From IMG/VR virus record IMGVR_UViG_3300044568_001017, positions 1 to 54,283 of that record: a DNA stretch of 54,283 nucleotides; one strand, given 5' to 3'. This document shows positions 50,511 through 54,283 of the stretch, piece by piece. The notes under the pieces are model-generated. The model saw only the letters and a list, made by a program, of their open reading frames with translations, was not told where the DNA came from and made no database searches. Made by a program: the position numbers and the translations under genes. Positions within the stretch are counted from its first letter, which is position 1; every line of letters starts with the position of its first letter. Source of the stretch: a virus (Duplodnaviria; Caudoviricetes).

Positions 50511-52361
50511 TTACCAATCTCCATTCTCATCAGATGAATAGCTGTCATCTTGAAGTTCTGCAATTAGCTTTTCATCTCTAGCCCAGAATCTATTTGTAGG
50601 AACAGCTTTATCGTTACCGATAAAAACCAATCCAAACCTACGAGACATTTCTAGGCAGTAGAGAAAGCTATCCGCCAAATCGGGCGAGTATCCAGTGCGT
50701 CCCTTGTAGTCATCTTTAGTCTCTACAGAAATCTTTTTGGATTTAATAAAATACCTACGGATACAAAGTTCTCGCGCCAACTCAGACGCTGCGCCAACCC
50801 CGTAGATCACTCGGCTCTTAAAGCCGTGATAGGCTGAGTACCAGTACTCTGATACCAATCTATCATAAACATCCTTACACGGGCGTTTATCGACCTCTGC
50901 TGCCATACGTTCAGTAGGTTTACCCATAGATGAAATAAGGGCGATAGAATGACCACTAGAATCATACTTCAACCACTCGCGGATGATAGCCTGTGCGACT
51001 CGACCGCCATCACCAGATACGTCCATACCAAATTTGGTAGGTTGAACTCCAGAAGCCCGGCATAGCTCTACTACTTCCTTAGCTAGACCAACTTCAAACT
51101 CAGCGGCTTCACGCGCAGATAGCTGAATGACTTTCTGACTTTCTAGCCACATAACACGATTGCGAGTCCCGCGAATGAAACCCAGTTTAGCTATTGTAAG
51201 CACACACCTATCTCCACCAACCGTAAAAGCGGTATCGAATCCCGCAACCTTGTGGAATCCTTCTGAATCCCAGAGTGGTTCTTCGTTGGTATCGGCGTTA
51301 CGAATGAGATCAGCGGTGAGAATGGTCTGTGCAAACCCAGATTTCGGCCACCAACCGATAGCGTTACGAACGTAGTCAATCGCATTCTCGTCTCCATAAC
51401 ACTGCTTGAGCATGACCTCTTGTTTTTTCCGATCCATCAAGAACGGGAATGGAGATGGTTCATTTGCGGGTGCAGCAAAGTTAGGCGAGCGCATACCATT
51501 GTAGAACAAGCAAACGCCAGTCTCAGTCTCCCACTTATCCATCTCTGGACTGACAGTATCAAAATTAGAAGCACCTTTAGGCATAGCCCAGCGGGTGTGA
51601 GGATTGTCACCAGCAGATGGGTTTCCAATACCGATAAAGACTACATCATTGTTAGCAGATAAGTTTACACGGGCAGTAATCGCACCCAGTTCCATTTCGG
51701 GCAACTCATCAAGGGCTAGTCTAATCCGATCATTCTTACGTCCACGGGTAGTATCAATAGCCTTCTGACCCTCATTACCTGATTGAAATGCCAGAGCTTT
51801 GATGGCATTGCGATAGTCCTTATCCTCATCATTCGACCCGCCACCCCAAACGATCATGTGGCGATAGTCAATGAGCTTACCAAACTGAACAGCGGCGGAC
51901 TTCCACAACTTAGAAATGATACCCCAGATACGATCTTCGGACGCACCAAGAGTAGTAGTAGCAACCCAAGATGAAGTACAATGCGGAGCAGAACACCAAT
52001 CAAGGTAGACCCAAAGACCAACTGGAAATGACTTTCCCATCGAGGCCGCGCCAGCTAAACAGATGTCATCATTATTGCAGAGTTCTTCCAGAGTTCTCAA
52101 CAACTGAGTATTCGTATAACCTCGATTGACAATAGAAACTTCCGTGGGCCATTGAAGTTTTACTGCCTTCAAGAAATGTTCGTATGGAGTAAGTAATTTA
52201 AAATCTGAAAGATTTATATTGTGCTTGTTGCAGTAATCTTTTCCGTATTCACCCTTGCTAATAGCGTAGCAGTATAGCTCTACACCTAGCTCGTCCATGT
52301 TCTCAGGGAATTTGATACCGTACTTTTGGATGCCTGTGTTTCCAGAAAAAATTCTTGACAT
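50511..52361 (-). CDS. terL: Terminase large subunit
   Basis: Walker A GAASMGKS, Walker B LALDE, GNP motif, nuclease GFDTA...GGD and SPDLADS. Confidence 0.85.
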   Translation of the reverse strand: MSRIFSGNTGIQKYGIKFPENMDELGVELYCYAISKGEYGKDYCNKHNINLSDFKLLTPYEHFLKAVKLQWPTEVSIVNRGYTNTQLLRTLEELCNNDDICLAGAASMGKSFPVGLWVYLDWCSAPHCTSSWVATTTLGASEDRIWGIISKLWKSAAVQFGKLIDYRHMIVWGGGSNDEDKDYRNAIKALAFQSGNEGQKAIDTTRGRKNDRIRLALDELPEMELGAITARVNLSANNDVVFIGIGNPSAGDNPHTRWAMPKGASNFDTVSPEMDKWETETGVCLFYNGMRSPNFAAPANEPSPFPFLMDRKKQEVMLKQCYGDENAIDYVRNAIGWWPKSGFAQTILTADLIRNADTNEEPLWDSEGFHKVAGFDTAFTVGGDRCVLTIAKLGFIRGTRNRVMWLESQKVIQLSAREAAEFEVGLAKEVVELCRASGVQPTKFGMDVSGDGGRVAQAIIREWLKYDSSGHSIALISSMGKPTERMAAEVDKRPCKDVYDRLVSEYWYSAYHGFKSRVIYGVGAASELARELCIRRYFIKSKKISVETKDDYKGRTGYSPDLADSFLYCLEMSRRFGLVFIGNDKAVPTNRFWARDEKLIAELQDDSYSSDENGDW

Positions 52362-52382
52362 ATCAATAATAAAATATATTTT
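52355..52382 (+). promoter_or_regulatory. Candidate promoter of structural operon overlapping terL start
   Basis: TTGACA-N16-TATTTT. Confidence 0.5.
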
Positions 52383-52397
52383 CCAACTAAAGGCAAG

Positions 52398-52775
52398 ATG
52401 AAACTCAAAAATAGAAACCTATCTCCAGTTGGCGGGTGGTACTACAAATACGAGATCAAGCGTGATAAACTCACCTTCCCAGCCGTAGTCTACGGAAGCA
52501 CATGGAGCAACTTGATTTCAAACATCCAAAAAGATTGCCGATCAAATGGAGTAGAAATTCCCAGTAACATTGAGCAACTTGTCGAAGATCAAATCTGCCA
52601 ACGCCAGCCAAGTGATCGTTGCTGGTATGCTGATGGGATTGGAGATAGAATCGCGCAAGCAATCCATACTGTAGCAGCGGTCACAGACAGGGTGCTTGGC
52701 ACTAAACTAGAACACAAAGCAAGGGGATGCAGTTCATGCAATAGAAGAAGAAATGCCTTGAATTCATTATCGTAA
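52398..52775 (+). CDS. Hypothetical Cys-containing protein
   Basis: 125 aa ending GCSSCNRRRNALN; first gene of the structural operon. Confidence 0.7.
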   Translation: MKLKNRNLSPVGGWYYKYEIKRDKLTFPAVVYGSTWSNLISNIQKDCRSNGVEIPSNIEQLVEDQICQRQPSDRCWYADGIGDRIAQAIHTVAAVTDRVLGTKLEHKARGCSSCNRRRNALNSLS

Positions 52776-52783
52776 ACGATAAA

Positions 52784-53458
52784 ATGGAAACTATCACAAA
52801 ACATAAACGTGGAGATGTCCGAGAGGATGGGATGGTTTTTTGGGCTTTAATTCGTAATCAAGGATATTGGGTAACTAAAGAAAAATTTGCCGAACTTAAA
52901 AAAAGACTAAATGAGTGGTCTATTGAAAACAGAAGTAAAAATCTAAATCTTCGTAGAAAATACGAAAGAGAATGGTATTCTAAAAACAGAATTAAAAAAC
53001 TTGAGCAAAAAAAAGTTATTCGATTAAACAATATTGATTTTTTTAGAGAAAAAGATCGTCTTCAATGGAAAAAAAATCCAGAAAAACATAGGAAAAATGC
53101 ATTAGAGTGGAATAAAAATAATCCCGCAAGAGCTAAACAAAACTTGGATAAATGGAAAAAAGAAAATCAAGATAGATATAAATTACTTTCAAGAAAAGGA
53201 AGCGCAAAACGTAGGGCAACCCAAAAAAATAACACGCCTGATTTAACTTCAGAGCAGAATCTGATTATAGAAACCATATACTTGCAAAGAATAAGACTTG
53301 AAAAAAGATTTGGTTTGCAGTTTCATGTAGATCACATAATCCCAATATCAAAAGGTGGATTGCATATACCTTCAAATCTACAGGTATTACCAGCAAAACT
53401 AAACCTACAAAAAAATTCAAGAAACTCACTAAGGTGGGAAGAACTTCAACTTATTTAA
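52784..53458 (+). mobile_element. Free-standing HNH homing endonuclease gene
   Basis: FHVDHIIPISKGGLHIPSNLQVLPAKLNLQKN; K/R-rich and AT-rich; absent from the allele at 128-143. Confidence 0.85.
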
Positions 53459-53461
53459 TAT

Positions 53462-54283
53462 ATGTCTTTAAGCATCGGCAATGATAACTTCAGTTTGGCA
53501 ACCTTAGATCAAGATGGTAAGCCGCCAGCAACACGAATTTCCAACGCTAATCATGCTTGGAATATCGCTAACCACTTGAGGCAAGCCAACATCGGACGCG
53601 AGAATAAACGCATCCGTATTTACAAGGCTTACAAAATGTTTCCCCCGACAGGGTATAGCAGGCTTGCCGAAAAGCGATTACCTTGGCAATCAGATGTTAA
53701 CTATGGACAACTTGGATTTATCGTTGATAACCAGAAGTCCAGTTACTACGATGTAATTACTGAGCGTCAGGCTTGCTGCACAATCAAAAGCAAGTTTGGT
53801 AATGAGAAGGAACGCCTTGTCAACTCTGAGAACATTGCAACGGCATTCGACCAAGCAATCCGCGAATGGCCCGGTTACCTTTATAATACAGAGCAAGACC
53901 TAGAAGAAATGCTCTTGTACGGAAAAGGTATTGGAATGTGGGATAGTCCGCTAGGATGGATGCCAGAACACGTTTTCCTATCTGATCTCCTTTTCCCAGA
54001 TGATATTCGTATTGACTTCTGTAACCTTGAAGAGTTTGTGCGCCGTGTCCGCCTGACTCCTTACGAGTTGTATAAGAAGATCGAAAACCGCGCTGCCGCT
54101 GAAGCGATGGGCTGGAATGTAGACGCAGCTATTGACGCTATCCGTTTCCACCGCTCATTCAATAACCACAGAAAGACCCGCGAAGACTTCTTCCGTACCA
54201 TCAGCGAATCAGGATTCAACTGGTCACTTTCTGTAAACCAAAAGATTGATCTCTACGAAGTATTCTGGAGAGAGTTTGATGGC
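53462..54283 (+). CDS. Second, diverged portal allele (5' part, truncated by contig end)
   Basis: MSLSIGNDNFSLATLDQDGKPP... collinear with 147-962 (offset 53321); changes are mostly synonymous. Confidence 0.9.
   Translation, partial: MSLSIGNDNFSLATLDQDGKPPATRISNANHAWNIANHLRQANIGRENKRIRIYKAYKMFPPTGYSRLAEKRLPWQSDVNYGQLGFIVDNQKSSYYDVITERQACCTIKSKFGNEKERLVNSENIATAFDQAIREWPGYLYNTEQDLEEMLLYGKGIGMWDSPLGWMPEHVFLSDLLFPDDIRIDFCNLEEFVRRVRLTPYELYKKIENRAAAEAMGWNVDAAIDAIRFHRSFNNHRKTREDFFRTISESGFNWSLSVNQKIDLYEVFWREFDG

Overview
Apparently complete, circularly permuted ~52.7 kb tailed-phage genome with podovirus-like architecture: portal, scaffold, Cys-rich major capsid, collagen-like fibres, lysis cassette, tailspike, tail tubular A/B, three internal/ejection proteins, a recombination cluster, an SF2 helicase, small early genes, dCMP deaminase, two GT4 glycosyltransferases with an FkbM methyltransferase, a resolvase, DnaB with a replication initiator, an XRE HTH protein and terminase. 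I saw no DNA polymerase, integrase, tRNA or CRISPR array. Positions 1-127 recur exactly at 52657-52783. After that the contig runs into a second allele of the same locus: a free-standing HNH gene followed by a diverged portal 5' end. The most notable non-coding signals are (i) at least 17 copies of a 14-bp palindrome, TATCG-KWWM-CGATA, spread around the whole genome in both intergenic and coding DNA; (ii) a canonical type II hammerhead ribozyme between two early genes; (iii) a pseudoknotted RNA leader upstream of the capsid gene; (iv) a promoter-driven ~400-nt structured non-coding locus; (v) two leaders that share a loop-pairing attenuator architecture; and (vi) a small RNA complementary to start-codon regions. 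The host is tentatively Verrucomicrobia/PVC (inference only). All product calls come from motifs and synteny read by eye; no database searches were run.
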